The position numbers and the translations under genes were made by a program. DNA of 64,000 nt, taken from the NCBI GenBank assembly GCA_964016885.1, contig OZ024758.1, positions 39,618,001-39,682,000 of the forward strand, in the 5' to 3' direction. Source of the stretch: Eledone cirrhosa (Eukaryota). Of the stretch, positions 1 to 15,000 are shown in pieces; position 1 is the stretch's first letter; every line of letters starts with the position of its first letter. Below the pieces are notes generated by a model. It was not told the DNA's origin and made no database searches. It worked only from the letters and a program-made list of their open reading frames with translations.

Positions 1-3000
1 ACTTAAATGAATTCTCACCAACAGTGGAGTTACTTCTGACAGCTAGTACCATGACTTAAATGAATTCTCACCAACAATGGAGTTACTTCTGACAGCTAAT
101 ACCATGACTTAAATGAATTCTCACCAACAGTGGAGTTACTTCTGACAGCTAATACCATGAACTTAAATGAATTCTCACCAACAGTGGAGTTACTTCTGAC
201 AGCTAGTACCATGAACTTAAATGAATTCTCACCAACATTGGAGTTACTTCTGACAACTAATACCATGACTTAAATGAATTCTCACCAACAGTGGAGTTAC
301 TTCTGACAACTAATACCATGAACTTAAATGAATTCTCACCAACAGTGGAGTTACTTCTGACAACTAGTACCATGAACTTAAATGAATTCTCACCAACAGT
401 GGAGTTACTTCTGACAGCTAATACCATGAACTTAAATGAATTCTCGCCAACAGTGGAGTTCCTTCTGACAGCTAATACCATGAACTTAAATGAATTCTCA
501 CCAACAGTGGAGTTCCTTCTGACAGCTAATACCATGAACTTAAATGAATTCTCACCAACATTGGAGTTACTTCTGACAGCTAGTACCATGAACTTAAATG
601 AATTCTCACCAACAGTGGAGTTACTTCTGACAGCTAATACCATGAACTTAAATGAATTCTCACCAACATTGGAGTTACTTCTGACAGCTAGTACCATGAA
701 CTTAAATGAATTCTCACCAACAGTGGAGTTACTTCTGACAGCTAATACCATGAACTTAAATGAATTCTCACCAACAGTGGCGTTCCTTCTGACAGCTAGT
801 ACCATGAACTTAAATGAATTCTCACCAACAGTGGAGTTACTTCTGACAGCTAGTACCATCAACTTAAATGAATTCTCACCAACATTGGAGTTACTTCTGA
901 CAACTAATACCATGACTTAAATGAATTCTCACCAACAGTGGAGTTAATTCTGACAACTAATACCATGAACTTAAATGAATTCTCACCAACAGTGGAGTTA
1001 CTTCTGACAGCTAGTACCATGAACTTAAATGAATTCTCACCAACAGTGGAGTTACTTCTGACAGCTAATACCATGAACTTAAATGAATTCTCACCAACAG
1101 TGGAGTTACTTCTGACAGCTAATACCATGAACTTAAATGAATTCTCACCAACAGTGGAGTTACTTCTGACAGCTAATACCATGAACTTAAATGAATTCTC
1201 ACCAACAGTGGAGTTACTTCTGACAGCTAATACCATGAACTTAAATGAATTCTCACCAACATTGGAGTGACTTCTGACAGCTAATACCATGAACTTAAAT
1301 GAATTCTCACCAACATTGGAGTTACTTCTGACAGCTAGTACCATGAACTTAAATGAATTCTCACCAACAGTGGAGTGACTTCTGACAGCTAATACCATGA
1401 ACTTAAATGAATTCTCACCAACATTGGAGTGACTTCTGACAGCTAATACCATGAACTTAAATGAATTCTCACCAACAGTGGAGTTACTTCTGACAGCTAA
1501 TACCATGAACTTAAATGAATTCTCACCAACATTGGAGTTACTTCTGACAGCTAGTACCATGAACTTAAATGAATTCTCACCAACAGTGGGGTTACTTCTG
1601 ACAGCTAGTACCATGAACTTAAATGAATTCTCACCAACATTGGAGTTACTTCTGACAGTTAGTACCATGAACTTAAATGAATTCTCACCAACAGTGGAGT
1701 TACTTCTGACAGCTAATACCATGAACTTAAATTAATTCTCACCAACAGTGGAGTTCCTTCTGACAGCTAATACCATGAACTTAAGTGAATTCTCACCAAC
1801 ATTGGAGTTACTTCTGACAGCTAGTACCATGACTTAAATGAATTCTCACCAACATTGGAGTTACTTCTGACAGCTAATACCATGAATTAAATGAATTCTC
1901 ACCAACAGTGGAGTTACTTCTGACAGCTAGTACCATGAACTTAAATGAATTCTCACCAACAGTGGAGTTACTTCTGACAGCTAATACCATGAACTTAAAT
2001 GAATTCTCACCAACAGTGGAGTTACTTCTGACAGCTAGTACCATGAACTTAAATGAATTCTCACCAACTTTGGAGTTACTTCTGACAACTAATACCATGA
2101 CTTAAATGAATTCTCACCAACAGTGGAGTTACTTCTGACAAACTAATACCATGAACTTAAATGAATTCTCACCAACATTGGAGTTACTTCTGACAGCTAG
2201 TACCATGAACTTAAATGAATTCTCACCAACAGTGGAGTTACTTCTGACAGCTAATACCATGAACTTAAATGAATTCTCACCAACAGTAGAGTTCCTTCTG
2301 ACAGCTCATACCATGAACTTAAATGAATTCTCACCAACATTGGAGTTACTTCTGACAGTTAGTACCATGAACTTAAATGAATTCTCACCAACAGTGGAGT
2401 TACTTCTGACAGCTAATACCATGAACTTAAATTAATTCTCACCAACAGTGGAGTTCCTTCTGACAGCTAATACCATGAACTTAAATGAATTCTCACCAAC
2501 ATTGGAGTTACTTCTGACAGCTAGTACCATGACTTAAATGAATTCTCACCAACATTGGAGTTACTTCTGACAGCTAATACCATGAATTAAATGAATTCTC
2601 ACCAACAGTGGAGTTACTTCTGACAGCTAGTACCATGAACTTAAATGAATTCTCACCAACAGTGGAGTTACTTCTGACAGCTAATACCATGAACTTAAAT
2701 GAATTCTCACCAACAGTGGAGTTACTTCTGACAGCTAGTACCATGAACTTAAATGAATTCTCACCAACTTTGGAGTTACTTCTGACAACTAATACCATGA
2801 CTTAAATGAATTCTCACCAACAGTGGAGTTACTTCTGACAAACTAATACCATGAACTTAAATGAATTCTCACCAACATTGGAGTTACTTCTGACAGCTAG
2901 TACCATGAACTTAAATGAATTCTCACCAACAGTGGAGTTACTTCTGACAGCTAATACCATGAACTTAAATGAATTCTCACCAACAGTAGAGTTCCTTCTG

Positions 3001-6000
3001 ACAGCTCATACCATGAACTTAAATGAATTCTCACCAACATTGGAGTTACTTCTGACAGCTAATACCATGACTTAAATGAATTCTCACCAACAGTGAAGTT
3101 ACTTCTGACAACTAGTACCATGAACTTAAATGAATTCTCACCAACAGTGGAGTTACTTCTGACAAACTAATACCATGAACTTAAATGAATTCTCACCAAC
3201 AGTGGAGTTACTTCTGACAGCTAGTACCATGAACTTAAATGAATTCTCACCAACAGTGGAGTTACTTCTGACAGCTAGTACCATGACTTAAATGAATTCT
3301 CACCAACAATGGAGTTACTTCTGACAGCTAATACCATGACTTAAATGAATTCTCACCAACAGTGGAGTTACTTCTGACAGCTAATACCATGAACTTAAAT
3401 GAATTCTCACCAACAGTGGAGTTACTTCTGACAGCTAATACCATGAACTTAAATGAATTCTCACCAACAGTGGAGTTACTTCTGACAGCTAATACCATGA
3501 ACTTAAATGAATTCTCACCAACATTGGAGTTACTTCTGACAACTAATACCATGACTTAAATGAATTCTCACCAACAGTGGAGTTACTTCTGACAGCTAGT
3601 ACCATGAACTTAAATGAATTCTCACCAACATTGGAGTTACTTCTGACAACTAATACCATGACTTAAATGAATTCTCACCAACAGTGGAGTTACTTCTGAC
3701 AACTAATACCATGAACTTAAATGAATTCTCACCAACAGTGGAGTTACTTCTGACAACTAGTACCATGAACTTAAATGAATTCTCACCAACAGTGGAGTTA
3801 CTTCTGACAGCTAATACCATGAACTTAAATGAATTCTCACCAACAGTGGAGTTCCTTCTGACAGCTAATACCATGAACTTAAATGAATTCTCACCAACAA
3901 TGGAGTTACTTCTGACAGCTAGTACCATGAACTTAAATGAATTCTCACCAACAGTGGAGTTACTTCTGACAGCTAGTACCATGAACTTAAATGAATTCTC
4001 ACCAACAGTGGAGTTACTTCTGACAGCTAGTACCATGAACTTAAATGAATTCTCAGAAACAGTGGAGTTACTTCTGACAGCTAGTACCATGAACTTAAAT
4101 GAATTCTCACCAACATTGGAGTTACTTCTGACAACTAATACCATGATTTAAATTAATTCTCACCAACAGTGGAGTTACTTCTGACAACTAATACCATGAA
4201 CTTAACTGAATTCTCACCAACAGTGGAGTTACTTCTGACAGCTAGTACCATGAACTTAAATGAATTCTCACCAACAGTGGAGTTACTTCTGACAGCTAGT
4301 ACCATGAACTTAAATGAATTCTCACCAACAGTGGAGTTACTTCTGACAGCTAATACCATGAACTTAAATGAATTCTCACCAACAGTGGAGTTCCTTCTGA
4401 CAGCTAATAGCATGAACTTAACTGAATTCTCACCAACAGTGGAGTTACTTCTGACAGCTAGTACCATGAACTTAACTGAATTCTCACCAACAGTGGAGTT
4501 ACTTCTGACAGCTAGTACCATGAACTTAAATGAATTCTCACCAAAAGTGGAGTTACTTCTGACAGCTAATACCATGAACTTAAATGAATTCTAACCAACA
4601 GTGGAGTTCCTTCTGACAGCTAATACCATGAACTTAAATGAATTCTCACCAACATTGGAGTTACTTCTGACAGCTAGTACCATGACTTAAATGAATTCTC
4701 ACCAACATTGGAGTTACTTCTGACAGCTAATACCATGACTTAAATGAATTCTCACCAACAGTGGAGTTACTTCTGACAGCTAGTACCATGAACTTAAATG
4801 AATTCTCACCAACAGTGGAGTTACTTCTGACAGCTAATACCATGAACTTAAATGAATTCTCACCAACAGTGGAGTTACTTCTGACAGCTAGTACCATGAA
4901 CTTAAATGAATTCTCACCAACATTGGAGTTACTTCTGACAGCTAATACCATGACTTAAATGAATTCTCACCAACAGTGGAGTTACTTCTGACAAACTAAT
5001 ACCATGAACTTAAATGAATTCTCACCAACAGTGGAGTTACTTCTGACAGCTAGTACCATGAACTTAAATGAATTCTCACCAACAGTGGAGTTACTTCTGA
5101 CAGCTAGTACCTTGAACTTAAATGAATTCTCACCAACAGTGGAGTTACTTCTGACAGCTAGTACCATGACTTAAATGAATTCTCACCAACATTGGAGTTA
5201 CTTCTGACAACTAATACCATGACTTAAATGAATTCTCACCAACAGTGGAGTTACTTCTGACAGCTAATACCATGAACTTAAATGAATTCTCACCAACATT
5301 GGAGTTACTTCTGACAGCTAGTACCATGACTTAAATGAATTCTCACCAACATTGGAGTTACTTCTGACAGCTAATACCATGAATTAAATGAATTCTCACC
5401 AACAGTGGAGTTACTTCTGACAGCTAGTACCATGAACTTAAATGAATTCTCACCAACAGTGGAGTTACTTCTGACAGCTAATACCATGAACTTAAATGAA
5501 TTCTCACCAACAGTGGAGTTACTTCTGACAGCTAGTACCATGAACTTAAATGAATTCTCACCAACTTTGGAGTTACTTCTGACAACTAATACCATGACTT
5601 AAATGAATTCTCACCAACAGTGGAGTTACTTCTGACAAACTAATACCATGAACTTAAATGAATTCTCACCAACATTGGAGTTACTTCTGACAGCTAGTAC
5701 CATGAACTTAAATGAATTCTCACCAACAGTGGAGTTACTTCTGACAGCTAATACCATGAACTTAAATGAATTCTCACCAACAGTAGAGTTCCTTCTGACA
5801 GCTCATACCATGAACTTAAATGAATTCTCACCAACATTGGAGTTACTTCTGACAGCTAATACCATGACTTAAATGAATTCTCACCAACAGTGAAGTTACT
5901 TCTGACAACTAGTACCATGAACTTAAATGAATTCTCACCAACAGTGGAGTTACTTCTGACAAACTAATACCATGAACTTAAATGAATTCTCACCAACAGT

Positions 6001-9000
6001 GGAGTTACTTCTGACAGCTAGTACCATGAACTTAAATGAATTCTCACCAACAGTGGAGTTACTTCTGACAGCTAGTACCATGACTTAAATGAATTCTCAC
6101 CAACAATGGAGTTACTTCTGACAGCTAATACCATGACTTAAATGAATTCTCACCAACAGTGGAGTTACTTCTGACAGCTAATACCATGAACTTAAATGAA
6201 TTCTCACCAACAGTGGAGTTACTTCTGACAGCTAATACCATGAACTTAAATGAATTCTCACCAACAGTGGAGTTACTTCTGACAGCTAATACCATGAACT
6301 TAAATGAATTCTCACCAACATTGGAGTTACTTCTGACAACTAATACCATGACTTAAATGAATTCTCACCAACAGTGGAGTTACTTCTGACAGCTAGTACC
6401 ATGAACTTAAATGAATTCTCACCAACATTGGAGTTACTTCTGACAACTAATACCATGACTTAAATGAATTCTCACCAACAGTGGAGTTACTTCTGACAAC
6501 TAATACCATGAACTTAAATGAATTCTCACCAACAGTGGAGTTACTTCTGACAACTAGTACCATGAACTTAAATGAATTCTCACCAACAGTGGAGTTACTT
6601 CTGACAGCTAATACCATGAACTTAAATGAATTCTCACCAACAGTGGAGTTCCTTCTGACAGCTAATACCATGAACTTAAATGAATTCTCACCAACAATGG
6701 AGTTACTTCTGACAGCTAGTACCATGAACTTAAATGAATTCTCACCAACAGTGGAGTTACTTCTGACAGCTAGTACCATGAACTTAAATGAATTCTCACC
6801 AACAGTGGAGTTACTTCTGACAGCTAGTACCATGAACTTAAATGAATTCTCAGAAACAGTGGAGTTACTTCTGACAGCTAGTACCATGAACTTAAATGAA
6901 TTCTCACCAACATTGGAGTTACTTCTGACAACTAATACCATGATTTAAATTAATTCTCACCAACAGTGGAGTTACTTCTGACAACTAATACCATGAACTT
7001 AACTGAATTCTCACCAACAGTGGAGTTACTTCTGACAGCTAGTACCATGAACTTAAATGAATTCTCACCAACAGTGGAGTTACTTCTGACAGCTAGTACC
7101 ATGAACTTAAATGAATTCTCACCAACAGTGGAGTTACTTCTGACAGCTAATACCATGAACTTAAATGAATTCTCACCAACAGTGGAGTTCCTTCTGACAG
7201 CTAATAGCATGAACTTAACTGAATTCTCACCAACAGTGGAGTTACTTCTGACAGCTAGTACCATGAACTTAACTGAATTCTCACCAACAGTGGAGTTACT
7301 TCTGACAGCTAGTACCATGAACTTAAATGAATTCTCACCAAAAGTGGAGTTACTTCTGACAGCTAATACCATGAACTTAAATGAATTCTAACCAACAGTG
7401 GAGTTCCTTCTGACAGCTAATACCATGAACTTAAATGAATTCTCACCAACATTGGAGTTACTTCTGACAGCTAGTACCATGACTTAAATGAATTCTCACC
7501 AACATTGGAGTTACTTCTGACAGCTAATACCATGACTTAAATGAATTCTCACCAACAGTGGAGTTACTTCTGACAGCTAGTACCATGAACTTAAATGAAT
7601 TCTCACCAACAGTGGAGTTACTTCTGACAGCTAATACCATGAACTTAAATGAATTCTCACCAACAGTGGAGTTACTTCTGACAGCTAGTACCATGAACTT
7701 AAATGAATTCTCACCAACATTGGAGTTACTTCTGACAGCTAATACCATGACTTAAATGAATTCTCACCAACAGTGGAGTTACTTCTGACAAACTAATACC
7801 ATGAACTTAAATGAATTCTCACCAACAGTGGAGTTACTTCTGACAGCTAGTACCATGAACTTAAATGAATTCTCACCAACAGTGGAGTTACTTCTGACAG
7901 CTAGTACCTTGAACTTAAATGAATTCTCACCAACAGTGGAGTTACTTCTGACAGCTAATACCATGAACTTAAATGAATTCTCACCAACAGTGGAGTTACT
8001 TCTGACAGCTAATACCATGAACTTAAATGAATTCTCACCAACAGTGGAGTTACTTCTGACAGCTAATACCATGAACTTAAATGAATTCTCACCAACATTG
8101 GAGTTACTTCTGACAACTAATACCATGACTTAAATGAATTCTCACCAACAGTGGAGTTACTTCTGACAGCTAGTACCATGAACTTAAATGAATTCTCACC
8201 AACATTGGAGTTACTTCTGACAACTAATACCATGACTTAAATGAATTCTCACCAACAGTGGAGTTACTTCTGACAACTAATACCATGAACTTAAATGAAT
8301 TCTCACCAACAGTGGAGTTACTTCTGACAACTAGTACCATGAACTTAAATGAATTCTCACCAACAGTGGAGTTACTTCTGACAGCTAATACCATGAACTT
8401 AAATGAATTCTCACCAACAGTGGAGTTCCTTCTGACAGCTAATACCATGAACTTAAATGAATTCTCACCAACAATGGAGTTACTTCTGACAGCTAGTACC
8501 ATGAACTTAAATGAATTCTCACCAACAGTGGAGTTACTTCTGACAGCTAGTACCATGAACTTAAATGAATTCTCACCAACAGTGGAGTTACTTCTGACAG
8601 CTAGTACCATGAACTTAAATGAATTCTCAGAAACAGTGGAGTTACTTCTGACAGCTAGTACCATGAACTTAAATGAATTCTCACCAACAGTGGAGTTACT
8701 TCTGACAGCTAGTACCATGAACTTAAATGAATTCTCACCAACAGTGGAGTTACTTCTGACAGCTAGTACCATGAACTTAAATGAATTCTCACCAACAGTG
8801 GAGTTACTTCTGACAGCTAATACCATGAACTTAAATGAATTCTCACCAACAGTGGAGTTCCTTCTGACAGCTAATAGCATGAACTTAACTGAATTCTCAC
8901 AAACAGTGGAGTTACTTCTGACAGCTAGTACCATGAACTTAACTGAATTCTCACCAACAGTGGAGTTACTTCTGACAGCTAGTACCATGAACTTAAATGA

Positions 9001-12000
9001 ATTCTCACCAACAGTGGAGTTACTTCTGACAGCTAATACCATGAACTTAAATGAATTCTAACCAACAGTGGAGTTCCTTCTGACAGCTAATACCATGAAC
9101 TTAAATGAATTCTCACCAACATTGGAGTTACTTCTGACAGCTAGTACCATGACTTAAATGAATTCTCACCAACATTGGAGTTACTTCTGACAGCTAATAC
9201 CATGACTTAAATGAATTCTCACCAACAGTGGAGTTACTTCTGACAGCTAGTACCATGAACTTAAATGAATTCTCACCAACAGTGGAGTTACTTCTGACAG
9301 CTAATACCATGAACTTAAATGAATTCTCACCAACAGTGGAGTTACTTCTGACAGCTAGTACCATGAACTTAAATGAATTCTCACCAACTTTGGAGTTACT
9401 TCTGACAACTAATACCATGACTTAAATGAATTCTCACCAACAGTGGAGTTACTTCTGACAAACTAATACCATGAACTTAAATGAATTCTCACCAACATTG
9501 GAGTTACTTCTGACAGCTAGTACCATGAACTTAAATGAATTCTCACCAACAGTGGAGTTACTTCTGACAGCTAGTACCATGAACTTAAATGAATTCTCAC
9601 CAACAGTGGAGTTACTTCTGACAGCTAATACCATGAACTTAAATGAATTCTCACCAACAGTAGAGTTCCTTCTGACAGCTCATACCATGAACTTAAATGA
9701 ATTCTCACCAACATTGGAGTTACTTCTGACAGCTAATACCATGACTTAAATGAATTCTCACCAACAGTGAAGTTACTTCTGACAACTAGTACCATGAACT
9801 TAAATGAATTCTCACCAACAGTGGAGTTACTTCTGACAAACTAATACCATGAACTTAAATGAATTCTCACCAACAGTGGAGTTACTTCTGACAGCTAGTA
9901 CCATGAACTTAAATGAATTCTCACCAACAGTGGAGTTACTTCTGACAGCTAGTACCATGACTTAAATGAATTCTCACCAACAATGGAGTTACTTCTGACA
10001 GCTAATACCATGACTTAAATGAATTCTCACCAACAGTGGAGTTACTTCTGACAGCTAATACCATGAACTTAAATGAATTTTCACCAACAGTGGAGTTACT
10101 TCTGACAGCTAATACCATGAACTTAAATGAATTCTCACCAACAGTGGAGTTACTTCTGACAGCTAATACCATGAACTTAAATGAATTCTCACCAACATTG
10201 GAGTTACTTCTGACAACTAATACCATGACTTAAATGAATTCTCACCAACAGTGGAGTTACTTCTGACAGCTAGTACCATGAACTTAAATGAATTCTCACC
10301 AACATTGGAGTTACTTCTGACAACTAATACCATGACTTAAATGAATTCTCACCAACAGTGGAGTTACTTCTGACAACTAATACCATGAACTTAAATGAAT
10401 TCTCACCAACAGTGGAGTTACTTCTGACAACTAGTACCATGAACTTAAATGAATTCTCACCAACAGTGGAGTTACTTCTGACAGCTAATACCATGAACTT
10501 AAATGAATTCTCACCAACAGTGGAGTTCCTTCTGACAGCTAATACCATGAACTTAAATGAATTCTCACCAACAATGGAGTTACTTCTGACAGCTAGTACC
10601 ATGAACTTAAATGAATTCTCACCAACAGTGGAGTTACTTCTGACAGCTAGTACCATGAACTTAAATGAATTCTCACCAACAGTGGAGTTACTTCTGACAG
10701 CTAGTACCATGAACTTAAATGAATTCTCACCAACATTGGAGTTACTTCTGACAGCTAGTACCATGAACTTAAATGAATTCTCACCAACAGTGGGGTTACT
10801 TCTGACAGCTAGTACCATGAACTTAAATGAATTCTCACCAACATTGGAGTTACTTCTGACAGCTAGTACCATGAACTTAAATGAATTCTCACCAACAGTG
10901 GAGTTACTTCTGACAGCTAATACCATGAACTTAAATGAATTCTCACCAACAGTGGAGTTACTTCTGACAGCTAGTACCATGAACTTAAATGAATTCTCAC
11001 CAACTTTGGAGTTACTTCTGACAACTAATACCATGACTTAAATGAATTCTCACCAACAGTGGAGTTACTTCTGACAAACTAATACCATGAACTTAAATGA
11101 ATTCTCACCAACATTGGAGTTACTTCTGACAGCTAGTACCATGAACTTAAATGAATTCTCACCAACAGTGGAGTTACTTCTGACAGCTAGTACCATGAAC
11201 TTAAATGAATTCTCACCAACAGTGGAGTTACTTCTGACAGCTAATACCATGAACTTAAATGAATTCTCACCAACAGTAGAGTTCCTTCTGACAGCTCATA
11301 CCATGAACTTAAATGAATTCTCACCAACATTGGAGTTACTTCTGACAGCTAATACCATGACTTAAATGAATTCTCACCAACAGTGAAGTTACTTCTGACA
11401 ACTAGTACCATGAACTTAAATGAATTCTCACCAACAGTGGAGTTACTTCTGACAAACTAATACCATGAACTTAAATGAATTCTCACCAACAGTGGAGTTA
11501 CTTCTGACAGCTAGTACCATGAACTTAAATGAATTCTCACCAACAGTGGAGTTACTTCTGACAGCTAGTACCATGACTTAAATGAATTCTCACCAACAAT
11601 GGAGTTACTTCTGACAGCTAATACCATGACTTAAATGAATTCTCACCAACAGTGGAGTTACTTCTGACAGCTAATACCATGAACTTAAATGAATTCTCAC
11701 CAACAGTGGAGTTACTTCTGACAGCTAATACCATGAACTTAAATGAATTCTCACCAACAGTGGAGTTACTTCTGACAGCTAATACCATGAACTTAAATGA
11801 ATTCTCACCAACATTGGAGTTACTTCTGACAACTAATACCATGACTTAAATGAATTCTCACCAACAGTGGAGTTACTTCTGACAGCTAGTACCATGAACT
11901 TAAATGAATTCTCACCAACATTGGAGTTACTTCTGACAACTAATACCATGACTTAAATGAATTCTCACCAACAGTGGAGTTACTTCTGACAACTAATACC

Positions 12001-15000
12001 ATGAACTTAAATGAATTCTCACCAACAGTGGAGTTACTTCTGACAACTAGTACCATGAACTTAAATGAATTCTCACCAACAGTGGAGTTACTTCTGACAG
12101 CTAATACCATGAACTTAAATGAATTCTCACCAACAGTGGAGTTCCTTCTGACAGCTAATACCATGAACTTAAATGAATTCTCACCAACAATGGAGTTACT
12201 TCTGACAGCTAGTACCATGAACTTAAATGAATTCTCACCAACAGTGGAGTTACTTCTGACAGCTAGTACCATGAACTTAAATGAATTCTCACCAACAGTG
12301 GAGTTACTTCTGACAGCTAGTACCATGAACTTAAATGAATTCTCAGAAACAGTGGAGTTACTTCTGACAACTAATACCATGATTTAAATTAATTCTCACC
12401 AACAGTGGAGTTACTTCTGACAACTAATACCATGAACTTAACTGAATTCTCACCAACAGTGGAGTTACTTCTGACAGCTAGTACCATGAACTTAAATGAA
12501 TTCTCACCAACAGTGGAGTTACTTCTGACAGCTAGTACCATGAACTTAAATGAATTCTCACCAACAGTGGAGTTACTTCTGACAGCTAATACCATGAACT
12601 TAAATGAATTCTCACCAACAGTGGAGTTCCTTCTGACAGCTAATAGCATGAACTTAACTGAATTCTCACCAACAGTGGAGTTACTTCTGACAGCTAGTAC
12701 CATGAACTTAACTGAATTCTCACCAACAGTGGAGTTACTTCTGACAGCTAGTACCATGAACTTAAATGAATTCTCACCAAAAGTGGAGTTACTTCTGACA
12801 GCTAATACCATGAACTTAAATGAATTCTAACCAACAGTGGAGTTCCTTCTGACAGCTAATACCATGAACTTAAATGAATTCTCACCAACACTGGAGTTAC
12901 TTCTGACAGCTAGTACCATGACTTAAATGAATTCTCACCAACATTGGAGTTACTTCTGACAGCTAATACCATGACTTAAATGAATTCTCACCAACAGTGG
13001 AGTTACTTCTGACAGCTAGTACCATGAACTTAAATGAATTCTCACCAACAGTGGAGTTACTTCTGACAGCTAATACCATGAACTTAAATGAATTCTCACC
13101 AACAGTGGAGTTACTTCTGACAGCTAGTACCATGAACTTAAATGAATTCTCACCAACATTGGAGTTACTTCTGACAGCTAATACCATGACTTAAATGAAT
13201 TCTCACCAACAGTGGAGTTACTTCTGACAAACTAATACCATGAACTTAAATGAATTCTCACCAACAGTGGAGTTACTTCTGACAGCTAGTACCATGAACT
13301 TAAATGAATTCTCACCAACAGTGGAGTTACTTCTGACAGCTAGTACCATGAACTTAAATGAATTCTCACCAACAGTGGAGTTACTTCTGACAGCTAATAC
13401 CATGAACTTAAATGAATTCTCACCAACAGTGGAGTTACTTCTGACAGCTAATACCATGAACTTAAATGAATTCTCACCAACAGTGGAGTTACTTCTGACA
13501 GCTAATACCATGAACTTAAATGAATTCTCACCAACATTGGAGTTACTTCTGACAACAATACCATGACTTAAATGAATTCTCACCAACAGTGGAGTTACTT
13601 CTGACAGCTAGTACCATGAACTTAAATGAATTCTCACCAACATTGGAGTTACTTCTGACAACTAATACCATGACTTAAATGAATTCTCACCAACAGTGGA
13701 GTTACTTCTGACAACTAATACCATGAACTTAAATGAATTCTCACCAACAGTGGAGTTACTTCTGACAACTAGTACCATGAACTTAAATGAATTCTCACCA
13801 ACAGTGGAGTTACTTCTGACAGCTAATACCATGAACTTAAATGAATTCTCACCAACAGTGGAGTTCCTTCTGACAGCTAATACCATGAACTTAAATGAAT
13901 TCTCACCAACAATGGAGTTACTTCTGACAGCTAGTACCATGAACTTAAATGAATTCTCACCAACAGTGGAGTTACTTCTGACAGCTAGTACCATGAACTT
14001 AAATGAATTCTCACCAACAGTGGAGTTACTTCTGACAGCTAGTACCATGAACTTAAATGAATTCTCAGAAACAGTGGAGTTACTTCTGACAGCTAGTACC
14101 ATGAACTTAAATGAATTCTCACCAACATTGGAGTTACTTCTGACAACTAATACCATGATTTAAATTAATTCTCACCAACAGTGGAGTTACTTCTGACAAC
14201 TAATACCATGAACTTAACTGAATTCTCACCAACAGTGGAGTTACTTCTGACAGCTAGTACCATGAACTTAAATGAATTCTCACCAACAGTGGAGTTACTT
14301 CTGACAGCTAGTACCATGAACTTAAATGAATTCTCACCAACAGTGGAGTTACTTCTGACAGCTAATACCATGAACTTAAATGAATTCTCACCAACAGTGG
14401 AGTTCCTTCTGACAGCTAATAGCATGAACTTAACTGAATTCTCACCAACAGTGGAGTTACTTCTGACAGCTAGTACCATGAACTTAACTGAATTCTCACC
14501 AACAGTGGAGTTACTTCTGACAGCTAGTACCATGAACTTAAATGAATTCTCACCAACAGTGGAGTTACTTCTGACAGCTAATACCATGAACTTAAATGAA
14601 TTCTAACCAACAGTGGAGTTCCTTCTGACAGCTAATACCATGAACTTAAATGAATTCTCACCAACATTGGAGTTACTTCTGACAGCTAGTACCATGACTT
14701 AAATGAATTCTCACCAACATTGGAGTTACTTCTGACAGCTAATACCATGACTTAAATGAATTCTCACCAACAGTGGAGTTACTTCTGACAGCTAGTACCA
14801 TGAACTTAAATGAATTCTCACCAACAGTGGAGTTACTTCTGACAGCTAATACCATGAACTTAAATGAATTCTCACCAACAGTGGAGTTACTTCTGACAGC
14901 TAGTACCATGAACTTAAATGAATTCTCACCAACATTGGAGTTACTTCTGACAGCTAATACCATGACTTAAATGAATTCTCACCAACAGTGGAGTTACTTC